IMG/VR virus record: IMGVR_UViG_3300020228_000001
Coordinates: 1-58,468 of that record
Source: a virus
Lineage: Duplodnaviria > Caudoviricetes
Strand: one strand, 5' to 3'
DNA length: 58,468 nt
Made by a program: the position numbers and the translations under genes. The notes under the pieces were generated by a model that searched no databases, was not told the DNA's origin, and saw only the letters and a list, made by a program, of their open reading frames with translations. Below, in pieces: positions 17,763 through 28,209 of this stretch (position 1 is the stretch's first letter; each line of letters opens with the position of its first letter).

Positions 17763-19067
17763 TCATTTCCATGCAGGTTTCTTGGTGGCTCCGGCGAAGG
17801 AGAGCTTTGGCGCGTCTTGCACTTGCCCCAGGGCTTGCCATGCGTATGCCAGAGCGTCCGCTTGATCATCATGATTTCCGATCGGGAAGCTGAGGAGTTC
17901 CGCCTCGAACTCTTGCGGCAACCCTCGGACGTGATAGACCTGGCCGAGCTCGTAGCGGGCCTCCAGGGGCGCAAATCTGCTGACTTTATCTGAGATCGGC
18001 TTAATGCCCCGGACATTGAGCGAGGTCTGCGAGGCGAGCTGCTGGATAAGGGCCTTCTGGTAGGCCACGTCTTCAATTCCTACCACGGAGGGCTTCCACT
18101 TAGCCGCAAGCTGCTTGATGAATTCAATTTGCTGTGAGAATGATGCTCTGATCCTTTGGACATCGAGAACGTGCAGGTTGCCTGCCGGATCCCGGCCCAG
18201 GACGGCTCCAGCGGTGTAGTCTGCCGTCTCTTTCTCTGAGATGGCCAGATCTATCCCAAGGGCGATCTTCAGGCCTTGTGTGGGGGCGTGATCTTCATAC
18301 TTGAGCCAGGCTCTTTGTATCCTGGTCGCCCCGGCTGCTATGAACTGGCATTCATACTCTTGGGCTACCCAGGCGTTGCCTCGCTCCAGGCGCTCCTCCT
18401 CAATGAAGGTCGGATCAATTCTTGGGCACTGGTGCCAGGGGACCTCAACCTTCTGCCAGCCGCTACTTTTGGCCCAGGTTTCCCAAAAGAACCCTTGCTC
18501 CCCCCTCGGGGTGGACATGAGGATGAGTCTGCCCTTGGAAACAGCCAGCATGGGCCGGACTGCCCCATAAAGCTCGTCTGGTATTCCTGCTGCCTCATCG
18601 AGGATCAGGAGAGTTACGGCGCTTATGCCTCGGATGGTCTTCTCCGAGCCGGGGAGGGCCAGGACCCTTGAGCCGTTGGCAAAGCGCACTGAGAGCTTAG
18701 TATCTGAGTCGAGCTTGACGTTCTTGTTGACCAATGATAGAAATTCTGCGAACTTGAGCATGAGTTCCTGGGACTGTCTCAATGAGGGAGAGTCCAGGAC
18801 TATTGTGCTTTTGGGCTTGTTGATGGCTTCCCACAGGGCTAGAATAGCCGTTGTGGTTGACTTGCCGGACTGTCTTGAGCAGTTGAGTGCGATCCTTTGC
18901 GCCTTAGATCTCAGGAATTGGGCCTGCCAGGGGTCCGGAGTGAATTTGAGGTAATGCAGAGCAAATGCAACGGGATCTTTTTCGGCTTTCTGTTTGATGA
19001 GGCCCTCAGCCTTCTGGATAGCTTCCAGCCTTGTCGAGTGTAGCGAGGAGTTCTTTGAGTCGGGCAT
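17763..19067 (-). CDS. terL: Terminase large subunit
   Basis: SRQSGKS Walker A, LILDEAA Walker B, STPRG coupling motif, IDLA...HDDQAD nuclease motifs; exact start uncertain. Confidence 0.92.
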   Translation of the reverse strand: MPDSKNSSLHSTRLEAIQKAEGLIKQKAEKDPVAFALHYLKFTPDPWQAQFLRSKAQRIALNCSRQSGKSTTTAILALWEAINKPKSTIVLDSPSLRQSQELMLKFAEFLSLVNKNVKLDSDTKLSVRFANGSRVLALPGSEKTIRGISAVTLLILDEAAGIPDELYGAVRPMLAVSKGRLILMSTPRGEQGFFWETWAKSSGWQKVEVPWHQCPRIDPTFIEEERLERGNAWVAQEYECQFIAAGATRIQRAWLKYEDHAPTQGLKIALGIDLAISEKETADYTAGAVLGRDPAGNLHVLDVQRIRASFSQQIEFIKQLAAKWKPSVVGIEDVAYQKALIQQLASQTSLNVRGIKPISDKVSRFAPLEARYELGQVYHVRGLPQEFEAELLSFPIGNHDDQADALAYAWQALGQVQDAPKLSFAGATKKPAWK

Positions 19068-19542
19068 CTAGTTCAGCTTCTGACAGCGACTCTATGGCGG
19101 ATGCCTTACGGCTCTCTGGGTCGTCTCCCGAAAGTTCAAGCTCCAGCTTGACTGAATCCACCATCATCTTTGTACCGATCGGCCAATAGATTGATGCAGA
19201 GCCCAGGGTGAGCTTGTGGTCCTCGCCGTCCGAGACTGCAAACCTTTCGCCCAGCTCGACGGACATCATCTGCTTTGCCCGACGCTTTCCTAGGTTGATA
19301 AGATCCAGAGTGTTTACTACTTCATCAACCGCTTTTTCGCGGCGCTCTTCCAGTTTTTTGGCACGCTTCTTTTTCGCGTCTTTCACTAGGTCTTTCAGGT
19401 CCCACACGGCAGATTTGTAGCGGTGGATGGTACGCCACTTTTCTGGGATGCCTAGTCTCTGAGCGATGGCCATAGGGCTTTCTTTTTGGAGAAAGCCTTC
19501 TTCTATCTGCTCCAAGTAGAGGGATATCGATTCATAGGCCAT
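19006..19542 (-). CDS. terS: Putative terminase small subunit
   Basis: HTH-like N-terminus (SPMAIAQRLGI), LSEAELDARLKEL C-terminus, directly upstream of terL. Confidence 0.6.
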   Translation of the reverse strand: MAYESISLYLEQIEEGFLQKESPMAIAQRLGIPEKWRTIHRYKSAVWDLKDLVKDAKKKRAKKLEERREKAVDEVVNTLDLINLGKRRAKQMMSVELGERFAVSDGEDHKLTLGSASIYWPIGTKMMVDSVKLELELSGDDPESRKASAIESLSEAELDARLKELLATLDKAGSYPEG

Positions 19543-19599
19543 TTGACATCACGGTTTGACAAGGATTGACAAATTGACATGATTTGACAAGGATTGACA
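19543..19599. repeat. Six TTGACA direct repeats upstream of terS
   Basis: TTGACA at 19543, 19556, 19566, 19574, 19584, 19594. Confidence 0.85.
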
Positions 19600-20569
19600 A
19601 GAATTAGAATCCGCCTGGCCGGGCTTCGCTTTTCGATGTAGGAGGAATTGAAACGAATCCCGATGGCTCAGGATATGATCCCGGCCAGGGCGAGTTTCCT
19701 GACAGGCAGGATAACAGGGAAATGCGGCCAGGTGTCTGGCCTTGAATGGGTTACTGCTTTCCCGATGGCATGGGGGGTTAAGTCGTAACTAGGAGAAAGG
19801 GCCAGGAAAGAATCGGAGGATTCAGGAACCTGGCCCGCTTGGATAACGGGGAATGGCACGGTGCAATTCCAGCGATTGCTCGCCGCGTTGAGCCTTGCCG
19901 CGCCTTTGATGGACGGGTGTCGGACCTGTCCTTGATGGAAGTCTGTCTATTGGCTTGACTGAGCACCGATATATCAGATATCGGGTTCCAGATGGAACTG
20001 TAATATTACCGGGCCCTTCTCGGCCAGATCCTGGTTATCCTGGGCGCTTCCTTCCTGGATTTGGCCAGCACTCCGCCGCATCCTGGGCAGCGGGCCGGTG
20101 GCTCTATGCAGGCATAATATCGCCCACACCATGAGATGCGCCAAGACGCGATTACCTCTTAGCTTGGTGCTCATCTGATTGGGTGATGATATCCAGCAGG
20201 CGCGGGAAAGGCCGGTGATTCATGCCTACGTCTTCCGGTGGATGGCATACACCGCAGCCGTCCTCTGTGAGGGGCTTCTTGCTTGATTGCAGCTCCAGCG
20301 GTTCCTCGGGCTTGCTCATGGCGGCCTGGATGCTTTCATTGCCTCATACTGGGCCTTGATTCTCTCGCGGCCCATGCGACACTGTAAAGCTGCCTGATCC
20401 TGCTTGGCCCGTACCTCCGCACCGATGCTGCCAAGGTGGGAGCCGGACCAGAAGGATTTCGTCTTGCCGCGATGCTTATCCGGGCTGGATGATGTTAAGG
20501 ACATGAGAAAACCTCGATAAAGACTATAAATGCCCCGTTTCTAGCGGGCGGTCGGGATAGTTCCCGCCG

Positions 20570-21019
20570 TTAGTGCGATATTCGTTTCATAAAATGTTTT
20601 GTTAGCCAGGGGTGATCTTCCGAGACGGTTTCACGTTCGCGTCTCTCGTTCACGACTTCTATTGTTCTACCGTCAGAGAAATGATTGGTAACTTTCAGCA
20701 TGCCCTCGATGTTTCCACCATCGTTGAAGACGGTGCTGCAATTTGGATTATTGCAGACTGCCCGGCCATCTCTGCGTGTCTGTATCTCCCAGCCACATGT
20801 GCAGGATTTGCGAGAGAAGCGCATGCAAGAAGGCTTTTCCTTCACCGTGGAGAATTTAGTCTCTGAGTCGAGATTGTTTAATTTCTGCCTAAAATCGAGA
20901 ATAGTAAGCTCGCCCAGTGTGGTCTTGTAAACCTTTTCAATCGGAGAATCGTAATATTGCCCTTTCCGGCTCGATGCCTCTGGCCGCGCCATCCTTCCTT
21001 GCGGTCGGTGTGAGGGCAT
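20570..21019 (-). CDS. Zinc-ribbon protein
   Basis: CTCG...CNNPNC motif. Confidence 0.55.
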   Translation of the reverse strand: MPSHRPQGRMARPEASSRKGQYYDSPIEKVYKTTLGELTILDFRQKLNNLDSETKFSTVKEKPSCMRFSRKSCTCGWEIQTRRDGRAVCNNPNCSTVFNDGGNIEGMLKVTNHFSDGRTIEVVNERRERETVSEDHPWLTKHFMKRISH

Positions 21020-21046
21020 AGCCTCTTTTTATAGGCCCTAAAAATA

Positions 21047-21298
21047 TTAAGCTTCGTTCTTGATAGCTATCGATTGGATAGCTATCGATCTGTACCCTAC
21101 CGTCACCCACCCGCCTTTTTTCCGGGAGGCCTGTGGCTCATGCTCCACCTTTTCCGCTATGCCTAGCCGGATTAGCAGATTGAGCGCATTGCGGACGGTG
21201 CCTTTCTCCAGCTTCACCTCGTCTGCGATCTCTGGCAGCGGCCTGATCTCCGATGATAGAGCGGCATTGACGGCCAGGAGCGTTGAGTCCAGGACCAT
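21047..21298 (-). CDS. Winged-helix DNA-binding protein
   Basis: LPEIADEVKLEKGTVRNALNLL...G. Confidence 0.65.
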   Translation of the reverse strand: MVLDSTLLAVNAALSSEIRPLPEIADEVKLEKGTVRNALNLLIRLGIAEKVEHEPQASRKKGGWVTVGYRSIAIQSIAIKNEA

Positions 21299-21564
21299 CA
21301 GGCAGTCCTCCACCATATCGTTCTGGTAGTCACATGGCCTTTCGGGTTGGTCTTGATGCTATGTAGCTTCATGCCGACTGCTCCGAAGCGCTGCAATGCC
21401 CGGCAAGCTTTCTGGGCTGACTCTTGCGAGCTGCCTGTCCAGATGGCCAGCTCCGTGGCGCTCAGGGCGAAGTCCTCCCGCTCTGGCAGAATCTGCTCGA
21501 TTCTGTCCCGGAGGCGCTCGTGGTCGAGGATCATACCCCTCCCCTCCATTCCTTCCCCACTCAT
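21298..21564 (-). CDS. Winged-helix DNA-binding protein
   Basis: LSATELAIWTGSSQESAQKACRAL...G. Confidence 0.6.
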   Translation of the reverse strand: MSGEGMEGRGMILDHERLRDRIEQILPEREDFALSATELAIWTGSSQESAQKACRALQRFGAVGMKLHSIKTNPKGHVTTRTIWWRTA

Positions 21565-21716
21565 GCCTTTCTGCTCTCAATGTCTCGCCAGGCTGATGCT
21601 TTCGCGAGAGATTGTCTGACTCCTGTGTATCCATGGCCGAGGCCCGAGACAACGTCTGCCGTCAGATGCCAGCCCGGATGCTTGCGGAGCCATGCTATGA
21701 TGTCATCCTGACTCAT
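21561..21716 (-). CDS. Small winged-helix-like protein
   Basis: MSQDDIIAWLRKHPG..LTADV...LG....VRQSL. Confidence 0.5.
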   Translation of the reverse strand: MSQDDIIAWLRKHPGWHLTADVVSGLGHGYTGVRQSLAKASAWRDIESRKA

Positions 21717-21885
21717 GCCTTGCCCTCCATAGTGGCAATCCTGCCTTCCCACCGTTTCTGCTCCTTCTGGGCCAGGAGGACCTCTTCCTTGGCTCGCATG
21801 ATCATGCTGCTCAGCGCGAGATCTAGCCGCTGCCAGTACAGGAGATGTCCCTGTGCTTCGGCGAGTTCCTTCTCGGCTTTCGGAC

Positions 21886-22716
21886 TCATACCAGTCCCTG
21901 CCTTTTCAGTTCGGTGTAGCGAGCGGCTACCTTCTGAGTAGTCCAGCTTCCACCAGGATTTCTCTCTAGGGCTTGCGCTATTTCGTGGTTGAGCATCTTC
22001 TGTGCCTTCATGCTGATGATCTTCGCGTCAGCTACCTCATGATAGTCTAGCTTCGGATTTGGCTTGGCGTGTGGCGGTTCTTCCGGGATGCCGCGCGGAT
22101 TTGCGCGCGCCGGCGCCGGGGCTCCCTCAACGCCGGGAAGGCTCGGAGAGGTGGCAGCTATTGCGGCCATGCGTTCCCGCTGTTCCTGGCCCCGGATGAC
22201 GCCTACTACGCGCCGGCCATCTATGGCGAGGGCCCCCTTGATTTCGTCGTATGACCAGTTCGCCGCGTGCATCTCCAGGATCCTGGTTTTCTGATTTTGG
22301 CTTAGCTTGACTTTCTCAGGATTTTGAACTATCCGGGGATTCCGGACAGTTGGGTGCTCTGGAAGGTTCGGCTCTGTCAGAATTTTTGGAGTGGCATCAG
22401 AGCGATCGAGGTATTGCTTATCGCCATCCTCCGGCTTTACCTCCAGGAGAGCCGGCTGAGCTGCAGGCAGAATATCTGTCTCTATTTTCTTCTGTACTTC
22501 TGGCGGCGTGGTGAAGATGCCACCCCGGATTGCCGGGCCTTGAATCGCCGCGTATCCCTCCTGCGTGGTCATGATTGCTTTCGCGAGATCATCCATCGCG
22601 GTTTCCGGGCCTTCCAGCAGACCGACCGCGTTGCTGTCCGAGCTGACCGTGATGCCCATATCCGGCCCGATTGCTATGAGCAGCCTGCCGTTTTTTCCTC
22701 TGTAGACTGTGATCAT
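21886..22716 (-). CDS. Hypothetical protein with HTH-like segments
   Basis: LSQNQKTRILEMH...SYDEI and NHEIAQAL segments. Confidence 0.5.
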   Translation of the reverse strand: MITVYRGKNGRLLIAIGPDMGITVSSDSNAVGLLEGPETAMDDLAKAIMTTQEGYAAIQGPAIRGGIFTTPPEVQKKIETDILPAAQPALLEVKPEDGDKQYLDRSDATPKILTEPNLPEHPTVRNPRIVQNPEKVKLSQNQKTRILEMHAANWSYDEIKGALAIDGRRVVGVIRGQEQRERMAAIAATSPSLPGVEGAPAPARANPRGIPEEPPHAKPNPKLDYHEVADAKIISMKAQKMLNHEIAQALERNPGGSWTTQKVAARYTELKRQGLV

Positions 22717-23030
22717 TTCGCGGCCTCATCTATCGGCTTGTTGTGTGCCTTGCGCTCGATCCAGGACGGTTTTCTGATCGGATTGATTCTCAGGAATTGC
22801 ATGTCTCTGTATGATCGTCTGGGCGGCTCTGGCTCAACTCTTACGGCCCGATGGGCCGGGCCTTTCGCTCCTTTCTTTTGGCTCATTTTGCTCTCCTGCA
22901 ATCGTCGCGCGCGTGCCCGCATCCTTCACACACCATACCAGGTTCTTTGGACAGATGGTCGCATGATGGCTCCGGGCAACATGTCACTGGAGCGCGGTGA
23001 AGCTCGATTTCGTTCATGCTCTTGCCTGCC

Positions 23031-23462
23031 TCATTTCTCGGGTAGCTTCACTTGCATGGTCGCCCCATTTTCTTTCAGGAGTTGCTTCATCTCCTGGACT
23101 TCCGCAAAATCTGTCAGAGAGCGATTCTGCTGTGCTTTCTTGATGGCCTCTGCCACGTCTAGCGAGCCTTGCCCACGCGCCTTCAGCCCAGTAGACGCAT
23201 ATTCCTTGATCGTTTCCAGGCTACTTTCGCAGATAGCCAGCTTCATGGCCCGCTCTTCTGAAGTATCCGCCCAGTCGAGGAGATTCTTTTTCAGCAGCTC
23301 CAAATTGCCTTCGATCATCGATACGACCAATTTGAGCCCGTCCACCGGCTCGGCTTCCGTTCTAAGTTGGATGATCGCGCCTTGGACGAACGTCTTGATG
23401 TCCTCCGGTGAGGACATACTCATAGCCGTGCTCAGCTTCGACAATGCCTTTTCTTTCGACAT
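23031..23462 (-). CDS. Hypothetical helical protein
   Basis: 143-aa ORF with GGAGG SD. Confidence 0.55.
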   Translation of the reverse strand: MSKEKALSKLSTAMSMSSPEDIKTFVQGAIIQLRTEAEPVDGLKLVVSMIEGNLELLKKNLLDWADTSEERAMKLAICESSLETIKEYASTGLKARGQGSLDVAEAIKKAQQNRSLTDFAEVQEMKQLLKENGATMQVKLPEK

Positions 23463-23509
23463 CTCTCATCATCCTCCCTCAGAAAATGGTTCAGCGCCCC
23501 CTAAACTGG

Positions 23510-24055
23510 TCAACATTCTGCAACACCTCTAATCGCGTTGCACCCAGCAACCACGCGATCAATTGATTTTTCGTGTTTTGCCCATTTGACGATCGCGTTT
23601 GGATGACTGGAAAAACTAAGAGCCTGTAAATGATTGATCTCTTTGCCTGGGATGAGCCAAACGTGCATCGGTGTCAATGATTCCCGATTATCGAAAGCGA
23701 GACACAGAAAATAATCAGGAACCGCATTTCGCCGTATATCAAATTGCCAACGGGGATTCCGCCTGAATCCGCCTATTAAGCATGATGATTTCACATCTAT
23801 CTTGAACCCTTTCCCACAAATGAAATCAAATGCCGGATTGTTTACCGGCATTCGCTCAACGTGGTCAAACAATCCAGCCAACACGCGTTCAGCTACATGA
23901 ACGCCCAAATAAGAGGCACAGTTCCTATTTTCGGACATTGGTAGTATGCCATGTGCTGTTGCATAGTCCCGCCGATACCCCCTAAGCTCTTCTTTGTGGG
24001 CGCTCCACCATGCACGCCTCTTGGCCAATCCTTCTTCCCGGTTCTTGTAAGGCAT
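23510..24055 (-). CDS. Putative PD-(D/E)xK endonuclease
   Basis: AE..L ... FDFIC..G.KIDVKSS ... DYFLCLAFD motifs. Confidence 0.55.
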   Translation of the reverse strand: MPYKNREEGLAKRRAWWSAHKEELRGYRRDYATAHGILPMSENRNCASYLGVHVAERVLAGLFDHVERMPVNNPAFDFICGKGFKIDVKSSCLIGGFRRNPRWQFDIRRNAVPDYFLCLAFDNRESLTPMHVWLIPGKEINHLQALSFSSHPNAIVKWAKHEKSIDRVVAGCNAIRGVAEC

Positions 24056-24868
24056 CTATCTCGCTCCTGGCGCTGCCATGCCTGCCTTCTGGCTCTCTAT
24101 CCACTCTGCCCCAGGAACGGCCTGTGGCGCGGGCTGGGCGGCTGCCTGGCGGGCTGCCTCGGAGACCGGGATTGGATCAGGGCGAGGCTGGGCCTGAGAA
24201 GTTTGCGGGCGGGCGAGCAACTTGACGAAGTATTTTCTCTGCATTCCAACACCGGACGCTGTGACTCTGAGAGTTGATCCGGCCAGCTCGGGGCCAAGCC
24301 TCTCCTTCAGGCAGATTGCCTTGATCTGCTGCATGAGAGACTTGCTGGTCACGCTCCAGGTCTTGATTTTGGGGTTCTCATCCACCAGGACCTCGATATT
24401 GAGGCCTTCGTTGGACTTCTTTGTGCCATCTGGTTGTGTGAATTCTATCGGGCCTGCTATCGGATTTCTCACTACTTTCAGGACTTTTTCGTCTCCATCA
24501 TCGAACTTCACGAAATTGCCATCAAGCATGTCTTCGGTGTCGTCCAGCCAGGTTCTCTGTCCATTTCCGTTCGGTGTAGTCATGTCTTTTTCAGCTCCTT
24601 TCATTTCTTTTTCATCTACGCCAGGATCGCTCACAGCGGTCTCTGACTTTGTAGTGAATTGCTTGCCCCTGGGATCTTCCGGTTCTGGCTCGATCTCCTG
24701 GTGAGCAGCCAGCCATTCCTTGACCTGGCCTAGGTCTTCGGGAGGTATGTCATTGGCCCGCAGGATGATCGAGAGGATGTAGGCGCTGGGCTTCTGGTGC
24801 AGCGACTTCATTCTACTCAGGGTACGGGTGAGGAGGGAGGACTGGGCTTCTGAAAGCTTGCATTCCAT
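24056..24868 (-). CDS. Putative ssDNA-binding/replication accessory protein
   Basis: FVKF.DG..K.L and W.VTS.SL..Q motifs, LRVT..G.G..RKY.V; adjacent to the primase-helicase. Confidence 0.4.
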   Translation of the reverse strand: MECKLSEAQSSLLTRTLSRMKSLHQKPSAYILSIILRANDIPPEDLGQVKEWLAAHQEIEPEPEDPRGKQFTTKSETAVSDPGVDEKEMKGAEKDMTTPNGNGQRTWLDDTEDMLDGNFVKFDDGDEKVLKVVRNPIAGPIEFTQPDGTKKSNEGLNIEVLVDENPKIKTWSVTSKSLMQQIKAICLKERLGPELAGSTLRVTASGVGMQRKYFVKLLARPQTSQAQPRPDPIPVSEAARQAAAQPAPQAVPGAEWIESQKAGMAAPGAR

Positions 24869-24996
24869 TGTCTACCATCTCCTGGTTTTGATAGCGTTCG
24901 CTGTTGTCGGTTCTATGTTTTGTGTACAAATGCTTACATTTCTTATAACTCTTCTAAAGAGAGAGAGAATAAGAGAGTTACACGAAATGCATGCAT

Positions 24997-27900
24997 TCAT
25001 ACACGGTCCTCCCTTCGATAGAAGTTTGGTATAGGTGCGGTAATTCCCTTCCAGATGTATCCGATGGTCTTTCTCTCTCTAATTACTCCCTTCAGAGCAC
25101 ACATTTCTTGCATAGCGCCGTTGAATCTGCCCAACCCCAAAGCCCGAAGGCCGGAATTTACGCAAAACTCCTTGTAGGATGAGTAAATCAGTGGGCCGTC
25201 TATGCTGACGCTTTCTTTTACAGTACAAACTTCTTCGATGAATACTTCCACCGAATTGTTCTCTTTGCGATATTCCTCAACCGCGTCCGTGATTTCTTTT
25301 GGTGGATAAAGACCGCCAAGCGTTCTGTAATCCTTGAGCCCATCCAGCGCCCAGTTCAAGATGCCTGGCAGTTCTTTTATCAGCTTTTGGGCGAGGTGTT
25401 TGTCCTGCTCCTCTTTGGCAAAAGTCCGATTAAACGGTATCAAGTGGACTCTAGACCATGCAGCGTTTGTCCTTTCGTAGATGGCGGGCTTGTTATTGGC
25501 CGCCAGAAAGATCTTGCCTTTTGGCTGATAGGTGAAGATCTTGCCGTACAACTCTCGGCAGGTTTGCGGATCGCCGCCAGTCCACGGCTTGATAACTGAC
25601 ATCGAGAACCGGCTGCCCTCTTCCGGCTCTGCTGTGGTAATGATCCGGGCTCCATAGAGCGCGGCCAAATCGTCTCTGACCTTCTCGTTTTTCGATATTA
25701 GGAAGGTCGAGATGTCCGCGTTCCTGGCATACTCGCCGCCCAACTCCCTCATGATCTCCAAGAAAATGCTTTTCCCGTTATCTCCGTCCGATCCGTAAAG
25801 GAAGAAGAAGCATTTCTCGGCCATTGATCCGGTGAGTGAATAGCCTACCACCCTTTGAATATAATCTATGATCGGTTCCTTGTTTTCAAACACCTCTCCT
25901 AAGAATTGCTCCCACCGCTCGCATTTTGCGTTTTCGTTGAATCCATATCCCGCGATCTTCATCAATCTGAATGCCGGGCTGTGATGCAGTAGAGCGAAAT
26001 CATTCAAATCCAAGACACCGTTCTGGAGATTGAGCTTGCAGTCGTCAGCATCGAGCGCCAGAACCGACAAAGAAAACGCCGGATTCTTTGAGGCGAGTGC
26101 TGCCGTGGCCGTATAGCTGTTGTTGTTTCCACATGATGAGGAGAACTTGGCCAGCTCCGCGCGTTTTTTGTCGTCTTCACAGTCCCTGGTTTCTACATAG
26201 AGATTAGAAATAACGTCATCGAGCGCGGTATAAGGCGCGGTTTCGTCTCTCTCCCAGTTCTTGCCTGTCCACTTGATCCAGTCCTTGAACTCTCTGACAT
26301 ACTTCAGATCTCCCCGGTGGAGATCTAACAATCGCTCTACGTTGCCACGATTATTCAGAGTCAGGAATCTTTTCTTGGGCTCCTCCGTTGGGGCTTCCTG
26401 CGGCCTTCCGGTGTTGCCTAACGGCTTGAAGACATCCCGTCCTGGCGCTTCTGGTATCGCCCTGGGGTGGTGCTTCCCAGCGCCAAGAGCACTGTTCAGC
26501 GTGGCTTCTATCTCGCCTTCTCCCAGGCCCGCCCTGTCCGCAGCACGTTCTAATTGCCTTCTGACATCCCACTCGTCGAGGCTTCCACCCGCCACCAGGG
26601 TTGCCAACTTAAACGCACTTGTGTTAAGCTGCGCGTTTCTGTTGCCTTCCTTCGCGAATGTGACCGCCGCTACTTCATCTTCAAAAGCCCGCTGCGCATA
26701 CCTATTATTAATCGCCGTCTTCTTATTATTTTCCAGTTTCTTTAGGTTCTCCTCCAGCCTTTTCTTAGGTCCATATTTTTCCTTTAGAATTTCTACAAAC
26801 CAAGCGGGCGCTTCTGCGAGTTCGCATTCATCCGGTCCTACTTCCCATTCATACTTAGAGCCGTTGTAGTGGGCACTAGGAGGCATAGCCACCTGTCCCT
26901 TTCCTACCTTGACATCGATCCCTGGGAGGATTCCGGCATTGTTTTTAAGTGGAAAACCGAGCTCTGGCCACTTGAAATGATAGTGGCACCCCCGCCCGGT
27001 TTTCACCTTGTGGGTCTTCGGCCATTCTCGATCTCGCAGGCTCTCCTCGCCCGTGGGACCGTCCACATCAACGACCATGAATCCGGTGTCCTGGCCACAC
27101 ATAACGCCCACATTGGACTGCGGCCACATTCCCCACCAGTACTCTATTTTCTTGGTGTCGTTAGAAGCGGTCTCCTGCCACTTTGTGACCCTGGGATGCT
27201 TGCCCCGGCTGTTGCCGTCACAGTCTGGCTTTCCGCACACACACGAGCCGTCCTGCTTGATGTTGTAGAGCGGAATAACCCGCCAGCCACGGGAAGCATA
27301 ATCCAGAGCGGCCAGGCGAAGTTCTCTTTGATGTGTTGAGTTGCCAACGGGCGGCTCGGAATTTCCACCAGGAACTTTTTCCGGTTCCTTTACAATTTGC
27401 AGTTTGCCAATTTCATCGATGTCTTTTTGTGATAAACACCTCTTCAAATCGTCCTTAATGTAATATTCTTTACCCAACGAATTCAACACTCTGATAGCTT
27501 CCCGTCCAAAGCTCGCCCAATCGGTTTCTCGGCTCACCGTCTTGACTGCTTCATTGTGCCAAGGCTGATTATTTTTACTGTTCATTTTGCCGACTTTTAT
27601 TTTATCGGCATATTTAGAGACGATTGGCAACAGTCCAAGGGTTTGTTTTGGATCTACCACGGGTTCGAAGCTTACCCAGGTTGAAATTCCGCGCTCTTTT
27701 GCCAATCTCAGAGCTTCTATTCTATCAGACCAGAGAGACGCGCCCGGTTCCCACTTCTTAGAATCTGCATCATTGTCACATGTCAGAGTGACCCCAAAGA
27801 GGCAATCCTGGCCGTAAAGATCAAAGTCCGTCCGAGCAGTGATACCATTCTTGGTCAACACCTGGAAGGGAATACCTGCGTTCTTGCAGGCCATTAAGCA

Positions 27901-28209
27901 GCGTCTTGATATGTAATCAGGCAATGCCGGATCATAGATATCTCCGACAAAGGTGAACTCCAATCTCTCACCTGGCTTGATGACTTCCTTGAGTCGCTTG
28001 AGGTCAGTTTCCAACCTGGTAAGAACATTATCCTTCAGGACGGGTCCTTTCTGTGTCCCTGGCTTATTGTAGCAATACAGGCAACCATGAGAACAGCTAT
28101 TAGGTCCATCATTCCCTTGTATGCTCTTGACTATGTTACATGCCCAAGCGGAGTATTCCAGAGCCGGTCCTTTTGGCTGGTAGATTACATCAAATCTTGC
28201 CATTGCCAA
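24997..28209 (-). CDS. Radical-SAM-like domain fused to bifunctional primase-polymerase and D5-like SF3 helicase
   Basis: CSHGCLYC and WVSFEP at the N-terminus; ALDYASRGWRVIPL, GKHP, VDVDG and TGRGCHY (prim-pol); GSDGDNGKS Walker A and ANNKP (SF3). Confidence 0.85.
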   Translation of the reverse strand: MAMARFDVIYQPKGPALEYSAWACNIVKSIQGNDGPNSCSHGCLYCYNKPGTQKGPVLKDNVLTRLETDLKRLKEVIKPGERLEFTFVGDIYDPALPDYISRRCLMACKNAGIPFQVLTKNGITARTDFDLYGQDCLFGVTLTCDNDADSKKWEPGASLWSDRIEALRLAKERGISTWVSFEPVVDPKQTLGLLPIVSKYADKIKVGKMNSKNNQPWHNEAVKTVSRETDWASFGREAIRVLNSLGKEYYIKDDLKRCLSQKDIDEIGKLQIVKEPEKVPGGNSEPPVGNSTHQRELRLAALDYASRGWRVIPLYNIKQDGSCVCGKPDCDGNSRGKHPRVTKWQETASNDTKKIEYWWGMWPQSNVGVMCGQDTGFMVVDVDGPTGEESLRDREWPKTHKVKTGRGCHYHFKWPELGFPLKNNAGILPGIDVKVGKGQVAMPPSAHYNGSKYEWEVGPDECELAEAPAWFVEILKEKYGPKKRLEENLKKLENNKKTAINNRYAQRAFEDEVAAVTFAKEGNRNAQLNTSAFKLATLVAGGSLDEWDVRRQLERAADRAGLGEGEIEATLNSALGAGKHHPRAIPEAPGRDVFKPLGNTGRPQEAPTEEPKKRFLTLNNRGNVERLLDLHRGDLKYVREFKDWIKWTGKNWERDETAPYTALDDVISNLYVETRDCEDDKKRAELAKFSSSCGNNNSYTATAALASKNPAFSLSVLALDADDCKLNLQNGVLDLNDFALLHHSPAFRLMKIAGYGFNENAKCERWEQFLGEVFENKEPIIDYIQRVVGYSLTGSMAEKCFFFLYGSDGDNGKSIFLEIMRELGGEYARNADISTFLISKNEKVRDDLAALYGARIITTAEPEEGSRFSMSVIKPWTGGDPQTCRELYGKIFTYQPKGKIFLAANNKPAIYERTNAAWSRVHLIPFNRTFAKEEQDKHLAQKLIKELPGILNWALDGLKDYRTLGGLYPPKEITDAVEEYRKENNSVEVFIEEVCTVKESVSIDGPLIYSSYKEFCVNSGLRALGLGRFNGAMQEMCALKGVIRERKTIGYIWKGITAPIPNFYRREDRV

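Noticed and set aside
19848-19880. Cobalamin-riboswitch or tRNA T-arm-like GGGAA...GGTGCAATTCC
   Set aside because: Flanking stems do not pair, and no downstream GCCACTG or cloverleaf was found
19882-19906. Possible third GGY/NN array (GCCGC GTTGA GCCTT GCCGC GCCTT)
   Set aside because: Only five units, one broken; compatible with chance
26701-26760. Match of decoded array A to the primase gene (ENLKKLENNK)
   Set aside because: Only 7 of 10 units match, dominated by common AA/GA/CT dinucleotides
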